From an uncultured cyanobacterium (GTDB taxonomy: Bacteria; Cyanobacteriota; Cyanobacteriia; PCC-9006; JAAUQQ01), in NCBI GenBank assembly GCA_963718615.1, contig OY970368.1, forward strand, positions 1,120,001 to 1,184,000: 64,000 nt of DNA, given 5' to 3'. Made by a program: the position numbers and the translations under genes. Positions 42,170 to 53,081 of this stretch are shown one piece after another (positions within the stretch are counted from its first letter, which is position 1; the number at the start of each line of letters is the position of its first letter). Under the pieces are notes generated by a model that was not told the DNA's origin, did not search any database, and was given only the letters and a program-made list of their open reading frames with translations.

Positions 42170-42376
42170 GCAGTCATCAAACGCAATGGGGGTGATCCTA
42201 GTGTAAGACTGGGCGGTTTGGCTAGGGAGAGGGATGCCGGTTTTATGTGGGGTGGAGAGCCCTGGTTGCAGGTCTCCCTGTCGTCCTTTCCCAGGCGTGA
42301 TCTTTAGCATTTGACATCGCCTCCAAAGGGGTCTTCGGCTACAATAGGGGCAATCTGTTCATGCTTGGATTTTGCC

Positions 42377-42709
42377 ATGCTCCTTGTTCCCACAACTGAG
42401 CCTATACCGCTAAAGACTGACGATTCGGGTGTAATTCGTGTGGGTCAAACTCGGGTGACGTTGGACACGGTGGTTACTGCGTTTTTAACGGGTTGCATGG
42501 CGGAGGAAATTTGGGAACAGTATCCATCGCTTCAGCTTTCTGATGTTTACTCGGTGATTGGATATTATCTGCGTCACCAGCAAGAAGTGGATGCGTATCT
42601 GGCAGAACGGCGGCGGCTGGCGGCAAAGGTTCGTGGCGAGGCTGAGTTGCGGTTTAATCCTGTGGGTGTACGCTATCGCCTCCTGGCCCGACGCGAGGCC
42701 CAAGGATAA
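42377..42709 (+). CDS. DUF433 family antitoxin-like protein
   Basis: IRVGQTRVTLDTVV..EEI..QYPSL.LSDVY. Confidence 0.85.
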   Translation: MLLVPTTEPIPLKTDDSGVIRVGQTRVTLDTVVTAFLTGCMAEEIWEQYPSLQLSDVYSVIGYYLRHQQEVDAYLAERRRLAAKVRGEAELRFNPVGVRYRLLARREAQG

Positions 42710-42812
42710 GCCCAGATGGTTCGATTTTGGGTGGATTTCGGTGGGTTTCGGGAATTTTAGCGAAAAATTTGGTTTCTGGCTGAGCGGGTGCCCTGTTCTC
42801 ATTTCTGCCTTC

Positions 42813-45800
42813 TCAATTCTCCTTTCCTCTTGGCTCTATCCCACACAATGCCCGATCTTCATTGCTGACATCCGGGTTGGTGCGGAGGTAGTCGCTGGCC
42901 CAGGTGCAAGCCAGCTCCAGGAGTCGATCCACATCCCAAGCTGCGAGCTTGACGGTGCCGTCATAACCGCCGGAAACAATCGTCTGGCCATCGGGACTGA
43001 AATTCACGCTAGAGACCCAGCCTTGATGGCCTTTGAGGGTAGCGCGCTCGCTGCCGTCGGTGTTCCAGAGCTTGACGGTGCCGTCAGAACCGCCGGAAAC
43101 AATCGTCTGGCCATCGGGACTGAAATTCACGCTAGAGACCCAGCCTTGATTGCCTTTGAGGGTAGCGCGCTCGCTGCCGTCGGTGTTCCAGAGCTTGACG
43201 GTGCCGTCATAACCGCCGGAAACAATCGTCTGGCCATCGGGACTGAAATTCACGCTCAAGACCCTGCCTTGATGGCCTTTGAGGGTAGCGCGCTCGCTGC
43301 CGTCGGTGTTCCAGAGCTTGACGGTGCCGTCATAACCGCCGGAAACAATCGTCTGGCCATCGGGACTGAAATTCACGCTCAAGACCAAGCCTTGATGGCC
43401 TTTGAGGGTAGTGCGCTCGCTGCCGTCGGTGTTCCAGAGCTTGACGGTGCCGTCAGAACCGCCGGAAACAATCGTCTGGCCATCGGGACTGAAATTCACG
43501 CTAGAGACCCAGCCTTGATGGCCTTTGAGGGTAGTGCGCTCGCTGCCGTCGGTGTTCCAGAGCTTGACGGTGCCGTCCTCACCGCCGGAAACAATCGTCT
43601 GGCCATCGGGACTGAAATTCACGCTAGAGACCCAGCCTTGATTGCCTTTGAGGGTAGCGCGCTCGCTGCCGTCGGTGTTCCAGAGCTTGACGGTGCCGTC
43701 CTCACCGCCGGAAACAATCGTCTGGCCATCGGGACTGAAATTCACGCTATAGACCCTGCCTTGATGGCCTTTGAGGGTAGTGCGCTCGCTGCCGTCGGTG
43801 TTCCAGAGCTTGACGGTGCCGTCATAACCGCCGGAAACAATCGTCTGGCCATCGGGACTGAAATTCACGCTCCTGACCCAGCCTTGATTGCCTTTGAGGG
43901 TAGCGCGCTCGCTGCCGTCGGTGTTCCAGAGCTTGACGGTGCCGTCCTCACCGCCGGAAACAATCGTCTGGCCATCGGGACTGAAATTCACGCTATAGAC
44001 CCTGCCTTGATGGCCTTTGAGGGTAGCGCGCTCGCTGCCGTCGGTGTTCCAGAGCTTGACGGTGCCGTCAGAACCGCCGGAAACAATCGTCTGGCCATCG
44101 GGACTGAAATTCACGCTCAAGACCAAGCCTTGATTGCCTTTGAAAATATTGCGTTCCCGAATGCCATAAACCTGAGTCAGCGCTGCTTGAGTCTGCAACT
44201 TTGCTTCCAGAGTCTCCTGCTTCACGTTCTGCCCGATTCCTTTCGGTTTTGATTCAATCTGCTGAAAGGTTCTTCCTGCCCGAATTCCCTGCACCAATCC
44301 CAAGAGTGGCCGAGTCTGTGCCTCTGCCTCCGCCTTCCTTGCATCCACCTGTACCCCCACAATCCGCAACGTCCATTCCGCCTCTGCAAGCGTGTCTTCT
44401 GCAACTCTTGCACTTCGTGCCGCTTTCCGTTGTTCCTGCTTCGCTAGTCTCAGTTGCTGCTGCGCCTGAGTAATTTGAGCGTTGGTCTGTTGCACTTTGA
44501 CTTCTGCCGCTTGTGCTTTCCCCTGTGCCTGCTGCGCCTGAGCTGCGGCTGCTTGCACAGTTTGCTCTGCCGCCGCCACCTGCTGCTCTACCGCCGCTAC
44601 CTGCTGATTCGCAGCGCTTTCCTGCTCCTGCGCTACCCGCACCGCCTGATTAAGCCGCTCCCGCTCCGCTTCTACCTCTTTCACCTGTTGCTGAGCCATC
44701 TGGGCCTGCTGCTGGGCTGCCTTTGCCTGCTTCTGAGCCTCAGCAGACTGCTGTTTTGCCGTCAGCTCCTTACGCTCCATCGCCTGCAAGTTCTCGTTGA
44801 GCGTCTCTCTTTGCTGCGTCAGGGTTTCCTTCTCCTGTTGGGCCGCATTCGTTTCTTTCCGAGCTGTTTGCAAATCCGCCCGAGCAAACAACGCACTCGG
44901 TATGGCCACCCCCGCCAACGCCAACGCCGCCACAGCCCCAACCACACTGCGCAAATTCTGCCGATTCGCCTGCTTTGTTGCTACCGCGACTTTTTCTTCT
45001 GCCTGCTGCGCCGCCACCGCCAACTGCCGCTCCGCCTCTAACCGCGTCTCCTCCAACTGTTGCTCCGCCGCCGCCCGCGCCGCCGTCAAAATCTGATTCG
45101 CCTCTTGCTCCGCCGCAACTTCCCGCTGCGCCTTGTCCAACGCATCCCGCTGTTCCTGCTCCAACGACGCCTGAATAAACTGATTCTCCACCTGCCGCAA
45201 CCTCGGCTGCATAAATGCCCAAGACCGCGCCTCCGCCAACGGTTTCCCCCGCAATAGCCGCGCCACATCCTGATCCTGCTGCCAAGCCGCCATCTGCTCC
45301 GCAAACGGACACAACCGCCCCAGCTCCCGCTGCACCCACGCCCCATCAAACACCGCTCGATAAATGCGGTTATACCCCCGCACCAGCCCCGCCCGCTTCA
45401 CCACCAGCCCCGTCAACCGCAGCGCCATCTCCTCCGGGGCATCCGTCGCCGCCACCTCGCCCCGCTCCAAAATGCTCTGATAAATCCCCAACATCTCCCG
45501 CCGCCGCTGCTCCGGCTGACCCAAAATCCGATCTCGAATCGTCCGCAGATGCGTCTGCTCATCATTCGCCTCCCAATGACCGATGATCCGGGATTGCACA
45601 ATTGTAGACACATCAATACCGGTCGGAGTATCGACATCAACCTGAGTGTTGGCCACTAATCCGCAGACCCGTTGGGTGAGGAAGGGCTGGCCCCCTGTCC
45701 AAGCCAAAATTTCCCGCAACACCTCCGGCCCCCGGTTCCCTAATCCCACCGCCAGCGGCCCCACCTCACCCTCCCCAAAGCCCTCCAGCTCAATCGCTCG

Positions 45801-46409
45801 GCCAATATTAAACGGCGTCCGCGTCTTATCTTGAATCAGCTCCCCCGGCGTCGCCACCCCAAACAACGCAAACGTCAGCCGCCCATACTCCGGCCTGTCC
45901 ACCCGCCCGTTATAGCAAGCCCGAATAAACGCAAAAAAATCATCAATCGGAAACGGCAAACTCAACACACTATCGATCTCATCCACAAAGATCGCCAGAC
46001 TCCCCGGCAACTCCGCCAGCAGCCAATCCATCAACATCCCCAATCGATCCACCGGGGGAAACTCCTTGCGCTCCCGCCACCAGCTCCGCAACTGCAGCCG
46101 CTCCGTCAGCCCCAACCCCGCCACAATCTGCCGCGCCAGCCCCGCATACCACTGCTCCTCCGTCGGGCTTTGGCTACCAATCGAGGTAATATCAACGGCG
46201 ACACAGGCCACCCCCTCCCCCTGAAGCCGCCCCATCGTCCGCACCCGCAGACTCGACTTGCCCATCTGCCGCGAATTCAGCACATAACAAAACACCCCCG
46301 CCCTCAGCCCTGCATACAGCTCAGCATCCGCCCGCCGCTCCACATAGGTCGGGCTGTCCCCCGGCAGCGTCCCCCCGACCTGATAGAAACTAGCCCCTGA
46401 AGTCGCCAT
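42813..46409 (-). CDS. AAA_35 (STAND) NTPase - TM - coiled coil - 10x WD40 protein
   Basis: [39 protein letters not shown]; hydrophobic [20 protein letters not shown]; Q/A-rich coil; 10 WD40 repeats. Confidence 0.9.
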   Translation of the reverse strand: MATSGASFYQVGGTLPGDSPTYVERRADAELYAGLRAGVFCYVLNSRQMGKSSLRVRTMGRLQGEGVACVAVDITSIGSQSPTEEQWYAGLARQIVAGLGLTERLQLRSWWRERKEFPPVDRLGMLMDWLLAELPGSLAIFVDEIDSVLSLPFPIDDFFAFIRACYNGRVDRPEYGRLTFALFGVATPGELIQDKTRTPFNIGRAIELEGFGEGEVGPLAVGLGNRGPEVLREILAWTGGQPFLTQRVCGLVANTQVDVDTPTGIDVSTIVQSRIIGHWEANDEQTHLRTIRDRILGQPEQRRREMLGIYQSILERGEVAATDAPEEMALRLTGLVVKRAGLVRGYNRIYRAVFDGAWVQRELGRLCPFAEQMAAWQQDQDVARLLRGKPLAEARSWAFMQPRLRQVENQFIQASLEQEQRDALDKAQREVAAEQEANQILTAARAAAEQQLEETRLEAERQLAVAAQQAEEKVAVATKQANRQNLRSVVGAVAALALAGVAIPSALFARADLQTARKETNAAQQEKETLTQQRETLNENLQAMERKELTAKQQSAEAQKQAKAAQQQAQMAQQQVKEVEAERERLNQAVRVAQEQESAANQQVAAVEQQVAAAEQTVQAAAAQAQQAQGKAQAAEVKVQQTNAQITQAQQQLRLAKQEQRKAARSARVAEDTLAEAEWTLRIVGVQVDARKAEAEAQTRPLLGLVQGIRAGRTFQQIESKPKGIGQNVKQETLEAKLQTQAALTQVYGIRERNIFKGNQGLVLSVNFSPDGQTIVSGGSDGTVKLWNTDGSERATLKGHQGRVYSVNFSPDGQTIVSGGEDGTVKLWNTDGSERATLKGNQGWVRSVNFSPDGQTIVSGGYDGTVKLWNTDGSERTTLKGHQGRVYSVNFSPDGQTIVSGGEDGTVKLWNTDGSERATLKGNQGWVSSVNFSPDGQTIVSGGEDGTVKLWNTDGSERTTLKGHQGWVSSVNFSPDGQTIVSGGSDGTVKLWNTDGSERTTLKGHQGLVLSVNFSPDGQTIVSGGYDGTVKLWNTDGSERATLKGHQGRVLSVNFSPDGQTIVSGGYDGTVKLWNTDGSERATLKGNQGWVSSVNFSPDGQTIVSGGSDGTVKLWNTDGSERATLKGHQGWVSSVNFSPDGQTIVSGGYDGTVKLAAWDVDRLLELACTWASDYLRTNPDVSNEDRALCGIEPRGKEN
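42940..44150 (-). repeat. 123-bp near-identical tandem repeat x10 (WD40 coding)
   Basis: Unit LKG(H/N)[35 protein letters not shown](A/T)T. Confidence 0.95.
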
Positions 46410-46447
46410 AGGAATCACCCGTGCAAGCCAGACATCATACCCGCAAA

Positions 46448-47110
46448 TTAACCCGTTCGTAACCGATTTTCCAGCTCCTCTAGCGCCTGCAAACTCCCCA
46501 CAATCCAAGCGCGCTGAATCGCTGTCTCAACCCATTCAACCATCGGTAAATCTGGAAACTGCCGACTCACCGCTGAAGCCACATACTCCCCTGCTTCTAG
46601 CCAGTAAATCGTCAGACGCTCATTGGCATAAATCCAAACCTCAGGAACCTGAAGCGCCCTATAGGCTGCGATCGCCGTCAACGACGTCACATCCGTCTCA
46701 ATCGCCAAATCCGGCGGCGGATCCCCCGGCTCCAGACGGCGCTTCCCAATCATCCGCTCATAGTGTTGAATATAAAAACAAGCATCTGGCTCAATTCCCG
46801 CAATGCCCTGCTGCTTAAACGTCGTAGACCCTAGGGGTTGATATCGAATCCGTCGCGATCGCAGCACGGTTTTGACAATATCCGAAATCAAGTCCGTCGG
46901 CGCTGTACATTTCAAACAGCCATGGTCAGGACGTGGCACCGTAATCTCCAAAGTATCGTGACAGTAGGCGATTCGAGCCGAGCGGCGATCGCCCATCTCC
47001 GCCAAAATCGCTTCAAACTCCAGCCAATTCACATTTGGAATCGTCACTCGGCTACCGGGTTCGAGCCGGAGCTGACTAATGGGTTTGCTAATCGGTAAGA
47101 GCGCTGTCAT
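46448..47110 (-). CDS. Uma2 family endonuclease-like protein
   Basis: [26 protein letters not shown]. Confidence 0.9.
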   Translation of the reverse strand: MTALLPISKPISQLRLEPGSRVTIPNVNWLEFEAILAEMGDRRSARIAYCHDTLEITVPRPDHGCLKCTAPTDLISDIVKTVLRSRRIRYQPLGSTTFKQQGIAGIEPDACFYIQHYERMIGKRRLEPGDPPPDLAIETDVTSLTAIAAYRALQVPEVWIYANERLTIYWLEAGEYVASAVSRQFPDLPMVEWVETAIQRAWIVGSLQALEELENRLRTG

Positions 47111-47170
47111 AGGACAAAATTGAATGGGACAAATCGTACAAAAATCAAACGTATTACTCCATCCCCTGCT

Positions 47171-48690
47171 TTATCTCGATTCTAAGCGATCGCCAAAATA
47201 CACCCGATACAACTCGCTCCGAAACGTCACCTCATTCCCCAACAAATCCACCAATCCCATGCTGTGCAACTGAAACGCCACTACCGACTCCAGCCGCACC
47301 GGCCCATCGGACTGCACCAACTGCCGCACCGCCGCCGCCAAGACCGGGTGCTGCTCCAGATTCCACAGATGCCGCCGCAAATGGTCGCCATAGAGCCCAG
47401 CTTCCGTCGGCGCTTCCCGCAGCAACTCCGTCAGCGTCTTGTCCCGGCGGGCAATGACATACAGCGCCAGCCGCACCAAATAGGGATGTCCCCCTACCAT
47501 ATCCATCAGCCGCTCAATAGGCGATGCATTCCAGTTCAAGCCATGGCGCTGGGCCAAATCCTGCACCTGCTCCGCCGTAAACTCCCGGAGTTCGATGGGC
47601 AATCCCACGTTAAAGGGCGACTGATTGATATTCATGGGGATATAGACTTCCGTGGAATGCACCACCACTAAACGGAAACGTTTCCAGATATCTCGCGTTG
47701 TCGCCGTATCATTCCAGGTCCGTAGCATCCCAAAAAAGTCCGCTGCAATGTTGGGATACTCAAACACCATATCCACCTCATCCAGACAGAGCGTTAGCGG
47801 CTGCTCCAGGCTGTCCAAAATATACTCTTCAAAATAGGCCGTGCAGTTGAGCTTGCTGCCGTAGATCTCATCATCCCAATAGTCATTCAGTTTGTTGGGC
47901 AACTTCAGCCGTCGCGCTACACTGGCCGCGAACCAGCGCAAAAACCGACGCAGGTCGCCAAACACCACCGAATCCGCAATCTGAAAACTCAGCGCCACCC
48001 CCAACGAGCCATTCTGCTCAGCATGGCGCAGCACCCGCGACATCAACGACGTTTTGCCCATTTGCCGGGGAGCCTTGATCCGAATCAGCGCCCCCGGTTG
48101 GGTAATGGCCTCATAACAGCGATCTTCAATCCCTGGCCGCTCCACATAAAACTGTGAAGCCAAATCCACCTGTCCCCCCGGCAGCTCCGGCTCCGCCACC
48201 GGCAGCGGCGGCATGTTCACCGACTCTTGCCCTATCAAGCTGGGGGCAATGGGTAGATCCACACTCTCTGGCACTGTCATGGGTTGCGTCGCTTGCAGTG
48301 TGCCTGTTTTGAGTAAGTCTAGAACTTCCGCGAGAATCCGGGGGGTGTCTGCGGGACTTTTCCACTCTCGCTGCTGAATGGAATGGAGATAGCCTCGCAG
48401 ATCGTAGTTGAGCGGGGCATCCAGTGGAAAATTCACCCGAATGGGCAGAATCCAGGGCCTACCGGTCTGTTCCTGGCGCTGTCTGGCCCGTTTCACTTCC
48501 TCGGTCACCATTTCGCTCAAAGCCGCCTGCTCCGACAGCAGCACGAGCATATAGTCACAGGTGTTCAGCTCCTGGTCAATCCGCTGCACCCAATCTTCGC
48601 CCAACCGCAAACTTGCCCCTGCCATAAAGGCGCTATAGCCTTCGGCCTCTAGCGCGGTCTGAAAGGTTTGTGCCAAGACCTGATCCGGGT
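47171..48690 (-). pseudogene. 3' part (TIR + AAA_35) of the IS-interrupted gene
   Basis: TIR motifs SLRLGEDW..I..EL, LLSEQA.LSEMVTEE, ILPIRV; AAA_35 motifs FYVER, APRQMGKTS, LDEVD, SPFNVG, GGHPYL. Confidence 0.88.
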
Positions 48691-48795
48691 TATCAAGTGT
48701 CAAGACATTTGCCTGTCGCGACAATTAGAAGGCGGGGAGCCCACTGAATTGGCAAAAGGAAATGAGAAGCGGCAATCTCAGGTCAAGACGACAAT

Positions 48796-49644
48796 CTAAG
48801 ATCGCTTCTGGTGTGTCGATGTTTGGGAGTCAGATTCAGAGGATTTTGCCGGGAGTGCCTTCAAGTTCTCAGAGCGCTGGTGAGCGGAGCGTTTACGAAA
48901 ACTGTCCGCCTTGATTTCGAGAATGACCGCATGGTGAATGAGGCGGTCAACGGCGGCGACGGTCATCATGGAATCACCAAAGATGGAGTTCCACTCACTG
49001 AACGGCTGATTGGCAGTGACCATGATGCTTTTGCGCTCATAGCGATAGGCAATGAGTTCAAAGAGAACGGAGGTTTCTGCCTCGGATTTTTGGACATAGC
49101 CGAGGTCATCAATGATCACGAGGTCAAAGCGGTCGAGCTTTTTCAGGGCAGGCTGAAGCTGGAGATGAAGCTTTTCTTTTTGGAGATACTGCACCAGGGT
49201 GGTGGCACAGAAGAATTTGACGCGCTTGCCCGCTTCCAGGGCGGCACGAGCGATGCCAGCGGCCAGATGGGTTTTGCCGACCCCAGAAGGTCCGAAGAAG
49301 AGACAGTTTTGGGCGTCATCAATCCACTGGGGTTCAGTGGCGAGTTTTTGAATCGGGAGAGGGTTAACCAGGGGCAGGTGTGTCCAATCGAAATTGGAAA
49401 CCGTTTTGGCGTTGGGCAGTTGAGCTTCGGTGATGGCTCTTTGGAGGCGCAAAGCCTTGCGGCGGTCTGTTTCGAGTTGGCACAGGGCCAAGAGAAATTG
49501 CGCGTAGGACCAGGTCTCTCGCATGGCTTGCTGCTCCAAGGTCTCCCAGTGGTTGAGCATATGGGATAAGCGCAGGTGCTTGAGCTGAGCGCTGAGGCTT
49601 TGGTAAGGGCTCAGCTCCGGTTGAGACGAGCTCTGGTTCTGCAT
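48796..49644 (-). CDS. istB: IS21 helper ATPase IstB
   Basis: GPSGVGKTHLA, IIDDLGY, AAVDRLIHH. Confidence 0.95.
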   Translation of the reverse strand: MQNQSSSQPELSPYQSLSAQLKHLRLSHMLNHWETLEQQAMRETWSYAQFLLALCQLETDRRKALRLQRAITEAQLPNAKTVSNFDWTHLPLVNPLPIQKLATEPQWIDDAQNCLFFGPSGVGKTHLAAGIARAALEAGKRVKFFCATTLVQYLQKEKLHLQLQPALKKLDRFDLVIIDDLGYVQKSEAETSVLFELIAYRYERKSIMVTANQPFSEWNSIFGDSMMTVAAVDRLIHHAVILEIKADSFRKRSAHQRSENLKALPAKSSESDSQTSTHQKRS

Positions 49645-51154
49645 CTGGGATGACGCTGCTGTGGGTGAACAGAAGGGCATCGTAGTCGTTGAGGTCATGT
49701 TGTTGGACATTCACGGTGGGGAATTCGAGTTTGGTGAGCAACTGAAAATGGAGTCTGAGCCTTGAGAGGGTGAGGGTTTTGGCCTCAATCTCTGGGAAGA
49801 GGTAGTCAGCGACCGCCGCTTCCTTGTTTTGGGTCGCCGCAATATAGAGGGCTTCGACCATGAGCACGGCGGCAGAATCAAGCTCAAAGCCAGCCTGGAG
49901 CTGTTTCCAGAGTTGGTGATAGCGCTCATTGGGCAGGAGGTCCTCTCGCCAGGTGCTGTGGAGGAAGGCCAAGGGCTTTTTGCGCAACCCTTCGATGACA
50001 TGGTGATAGTCCACCGAGCGGGCGCGCCGCTTGTCCTTGTCAGTAGAACGAATCCGTTTCAACCTGAACACTTCATGGCCTTCGAGGTAGCCCATCAGGC
50101 GGTTGTGGTGCAGATGCACTTCCAGGGACCGGCCAATTAAGCGAGACGGCACGCTGTAGAGCATGCAGCGGATATCAATCGTGCTGTTGCTGCTCACCTT
50201 GGCGGTGAGGAGTTCGTAGTCCGCAGCCCGGTATTTGGGCAACGCCTGGAGATGCGCTTTCTCATGCTCATACTTATCCTGATGCTGGGCATTGAGCTTG
50301 GCCACACAGTCATTGAGCAGGTCTTGATAGTCGCTGACGCTAGCGAAGTCGGTGCTGCCGCGCAGGTACATCGCTTGGACAATGCGGTTCTTCAGATGAC
50401 CGTGGGGGCCTTCAATAGAACCGTTCTCGTGGGCGATTCCCCGGTTGTTTCGCGTCGGTTGCAACCGATAGTGCTCACACAGGTCGTCATACAAGCGCGT
50501 CAGCGGTTTGGTCTTCTTCCCACCCAGATTTCGATAGGCCGCACTCAGGCTATCGGTGCGATGCTGCTTTGGAGCCCCGCCGCAGGCAAACAGGGCATTC
50601 TGCAATCCTTCGGATAGGGCGACAAAGCTTTCACCCCCCTCGATTAACTCCGCGTAGGACCAGCCGCTGTAGCCCAAGCGGTAGTGATAAATCAAGTGCT
50701 CATAGGGCTTTCCATTTATCGTCACCACCGTCCCTTTGAGTTCGGTGAAGTCGGAAAATCCTTGCACCCCCGGCTCGTGACGCAGCTCAAACATCACCTC
50801 GGGAGCTGGACCATACAGTGCTTTCCAGGTTCTCACTCGCCGCTGAAGCGTCCTGAGCACTTGCGGATATTGACCCGGATATTTGTCCTGCAAATGCTCA
50901 AATAACGTCGTCGGTTTCAGTCTTGGCTCAGCTCGCAGCATCGCCTCTAGTTCGGCTTCCCAAAGACCGTTGAGTGGATCTGGCCGGGTCCGCACCCCGG
51001 TGCCCTCTCCACTCCCCTGCTGCCACTCGTTGGCATCCATTCGTTGCGCGGTTCGCACCGAAAATTCCGCCACCGCTGCCGCATCTTGCTGCGACAGGCC
51101 ATGCTCCTTTGCATTCATGTACACTCGCTGTTGATACATTATTACTCTCGACAC
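49364..51154 (-). CDS. istA: IS21 transposase IstA
   Basis: RTRPDPL, SDFT, TDSLSAA, HENGSIE, YSVPSRLIG. Confidence 0.95.
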   Translation of the reverse strand: MSRVIMYQQRVYMNAKEHGLSQQDAAAVAEFSVRTAQRMDANEWQQGSGEGTGVRTRPDPLNGLWEAELEAMLRAEPRLKPTTLFEHLQDKYPGQYPQVLRTLQRRVRTWKALYGPAPEVMFELRHEPGVQGFSDFTELKGTVVTINGKPYEHLIYHYRLGYSGWSYAELIEGGESFVALSEGLQNALFACGGAPKQHRTDSLSAAYRNLGGKKTKPLTRLYDDLCEHYRLQPTRNNRGIAHENGSIEGPHGHLKNRIVQAMYLRGSTDFASVSDYQDLLNDCVAKLNAQHQDKYEHEKAHLQALPKYRAADYELLTAKVSSNSTIDIRCMLYSVPSRLIGRSLEVHLHHNRLMGYLEGHEVFRLKRIRSTDKDKRRARSVDYHHVIEGLRKKPLAFLHSTWREDLLPNERYHQLWKQLQAGFELDSAAVLMVEALYIAATQNKEAAVADYLFPEIEAKTLTLSRLRLHFQLLTKLEFPTVNVQQHDLNDYDALLFTHSSVIPDAEPELVSTGAEPLPKPQRSAQAPALIPYAQPLGDLGAASHARDLVLRAISLGPVPTRNRPPQGFAPPKSHHRSSTAQRQNGFQFRLDTPAPG

Positions 51155-51323
51155 TCGTTAGAGTCCTTTCTTTCCAGGGGGACCCTATGAGTGTCTTTTT
51201 TTGTCGATCGCCACGCCAGTGAGCTGTCAAAGTCTCACGTCTGTCTCACGATCCAAGCCACGCTTTCGCGACAACTCCCGCCAGGAAATGTCGAGCAGCC
51301 GCCAATGCTATTGTCGTCTAACA

Positions 51324-51819
51324 CCGGGTCCTGGCTGCGATAGCTAATAAAGCAATGGGGAGGCTTTTCGGCTGCTAAGTCGGCTGCTAAGTCGGCTGCG
51401 GATAAAGAGTCCTGGCTCGCCATCGATTTCGACTTTTCAGGACGACGCTCTTCCCAGAGTTTGTCAAATCGACTCAGATTCTCGGCTGGCTCACGACTCC
51501 AGAGCATCAATTTAAACTTCCATTCTTCTGAGCCCCGGGTGGTGGCCCGTTCGTCTTCTAGGATCCCCAGATGGTCTGGCAAGTAATGGCTGAGCGCATA
51601 CCGGACCTGGTCAGCAGTCAGCGGGTCTCCTTCTCCTTTACGGGTGAGCTGTTCAAAAAAACGACGTTTGGCCTCAACCCTCAGCTCCGGTGACTCGGTG
51701 TCTAACCAAAGAACATGGACCTCTTTTGCGGGTTCTCCGGTTTCGACAAACTCTAAGATTGCAGCCAAAAGCTGCCGAACCCGTAACCGGTTCGTAGGAC
51801 CGTAGGAATACTTAGCCAT
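51324..51819 (-). pseudogene. 5' part (putative wHTH + start of TIR) of the IS-interrupted gene
   Basis: Ends HCFISYRSQDP at the IS junction and joins in frame to DQVLAQTF. Confidence 0.85.
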
Positions 51820-51903
51820 ACCGTTTTAGTAAAAACACCCTCAACCATCCTGTCTTTTCATCCTACTGAATCCCTTGCTTGAGTTGCGGGGACTTCATCA
51901 AAA

Positions 51904-52074
51904 CAAAAAGTTTGGGGTATCTCTAAACTGGCTCTTCCCCCAAACTGGCCTCTAGTCCTTCTACTGTAACCGGTTCAGCCTGCTTGAGTCCTGCATTTGC
52001 TTTGGACCACTCCCCCAAATCGAGCCTGTGGTTGTCGATTCATCGCCCCTCTGGGGACTGGAGCAACCACCATG
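51904..52074 (+). promoter_or_regulatory. Conserved upstream module, copy 1
   Basis: Gapless similarity to 53082-53252 (offset 1178). Confidence 0.75.
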
Positions 52075-52953
52075 GTCCACACGACTGCTCGCCACCGCAA
52101 GGCCACTGACAAAAAGCCGATTTCCTGGCTCGGCCTGCTATTGCTCGTGAGTCCCTTTGTCAGCTTCGCTAGCCTGGGTCTCTCCACTGGGTTCTTACTT
52201 CACACCCTGCATCGCCTAGACAATCCAACTCCCATCGTTGTAGCTGAGGTCGATGATGTACCCAATCAACCTGAGGAGAAGCCTTTAGCTTCTCTTCCAG
52301 TTTGGGCAAACCAGCTCGACAACAGCTTGGCTAGCCGCATCGTCAAGTACATGATCAGCCAGGGCTACCAGGTCGATACGAAACCGAATGAGTACAACAT
52401 CATCTACATCGAAGGGATGAACCTTGATGGCAGCTTGAATGATGATCGCCCCAACGTCTTTAACGATCTTCGTCTAGTAATCGAATTCGTTGAAGAGCAG
52501 AAAGGGCAGCCCAAAATCGTTGGCCTGTGGGAGGCAACCACTGAGCCGGGATGGCACTACACATTTAACCCTCTCAATGCCAAAGGGGCTGCTCGCATCC
52601 AGTTTGGTCAGTACAAGGCTTGGCAGATGGGACTGCATGGCAAAGATCTGCATGTGGCGTTGGAGCAAGCGGCACCGATTCCGGTTTATCGCGATTTGAA
52701 TCAGGACTTTATGCGCACGGGGGATGAGCTGGATATTGGCGAGTTTGACATCAATCAGCACTGGGGCTATGACCATCCCGTTGACGATGTTTACACCGCC
52801 AGCGCGGGCTGTTTGGTGGGGCGAACCTGGGAGGGTCATCAGGCGTTTATGGACTTGCTGAAACAAGATCGTCGCTACCAAGCCGATCAACAGTACGTTT
52901 TCAGCACCACCATTATCTCTGGAGATGACTTGGTCAAGCAGTTTGCGCAATAG
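52072..52953 (+). CDS. Membrane-anchored protein with L,D-transpeptidase(YkuD)-like His/Cys motif
   Basis: N-terminal TM; ATTEPG; INQHWG...SAGCLVG. Confidence 0.6.
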   Translation: MVHTTARHRKATDKKPISWLGLLLLVSPFVSFASLGLSTGFLLHTLHRLDNPTPIVVAEVDDVPNQPEEKPLASLPVWANQLDNSLASRIVKYMISQGYQVDTKPNEYNIIYIEGMNLDGSLNDDRPNVFNDLRLVIEFVEEQKGQPKIVGLWEATTEPGWHYTFNPLNAKGAARIQFGQYKAWQMGLHGKDLHVALEQAAPIPVYRDLNQDFMRTGDELDIGEFDINQHWGYDHPVDDVYTASAGCLVGRTWEGHQAFMDLLKQDRRYQADQQYVFSTTIISGDDLVKQFAQ

Positions 52954-52981
52954 CACCCCGGATCCAAGCCCCAAACCCGAT

Positions 52982-53006
52982 GAGAGAGCCCTGCTCTCTC
53001 TTTTTT
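52982..53006 (+). terminator. Intrinsic terminator
   Basis: GAGAGAGC-CCT-GCTCTCTC-TTTTTT. Confidence 0.85.
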
Positions 53007-53081
53007 GTTGACTTCTTGTTTGTGGATTTCTTGCTGGAGTTTGGTTTGAGTTTTGCACAATTCCCGAGCCTTCTCAACTCC

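Larger units (their letters stand above)
48691..51323 (-). mobile_element. IS21-family insertion sequence with 6-bp target-site duplication CCGGGT
   Basis: istA and istB present; CCGGGT at 48685-48690 and 51324-51329; ends TGTTAGACGACAAT and TATCAAGTGTCAAG; subterminal AGACGACAAT repeat. Confidence 0.92.

Noticed and set aside
42940-44150. CRISPR array or DGR variable region
   Set aside because: Units are coding and contiguous with no unique spacers; changes are not adenine-specific; no cas or reverse transcriptase gene is in the window.
42558-44252. 564-aa repetitive plus-strand ORF
   Set aside because: Antisense shadow of the WD40 array; a stop-free unit repeated ten times gives a long ORF automatically.
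44201-46400. Several Pro/Arg/Leu-rich ORFs overlapping the STAND gene
   Set aside because: Alternate-frame products of skewed, low-complexity coiled-coil coding sequence.
47171-48724. Stand-alone 517-aa TIR-AAA gene and separate 194-aa gene at 51235-51819
   Set aside because: Their respective start and end lie inside the IS21; they are halves of one gene.
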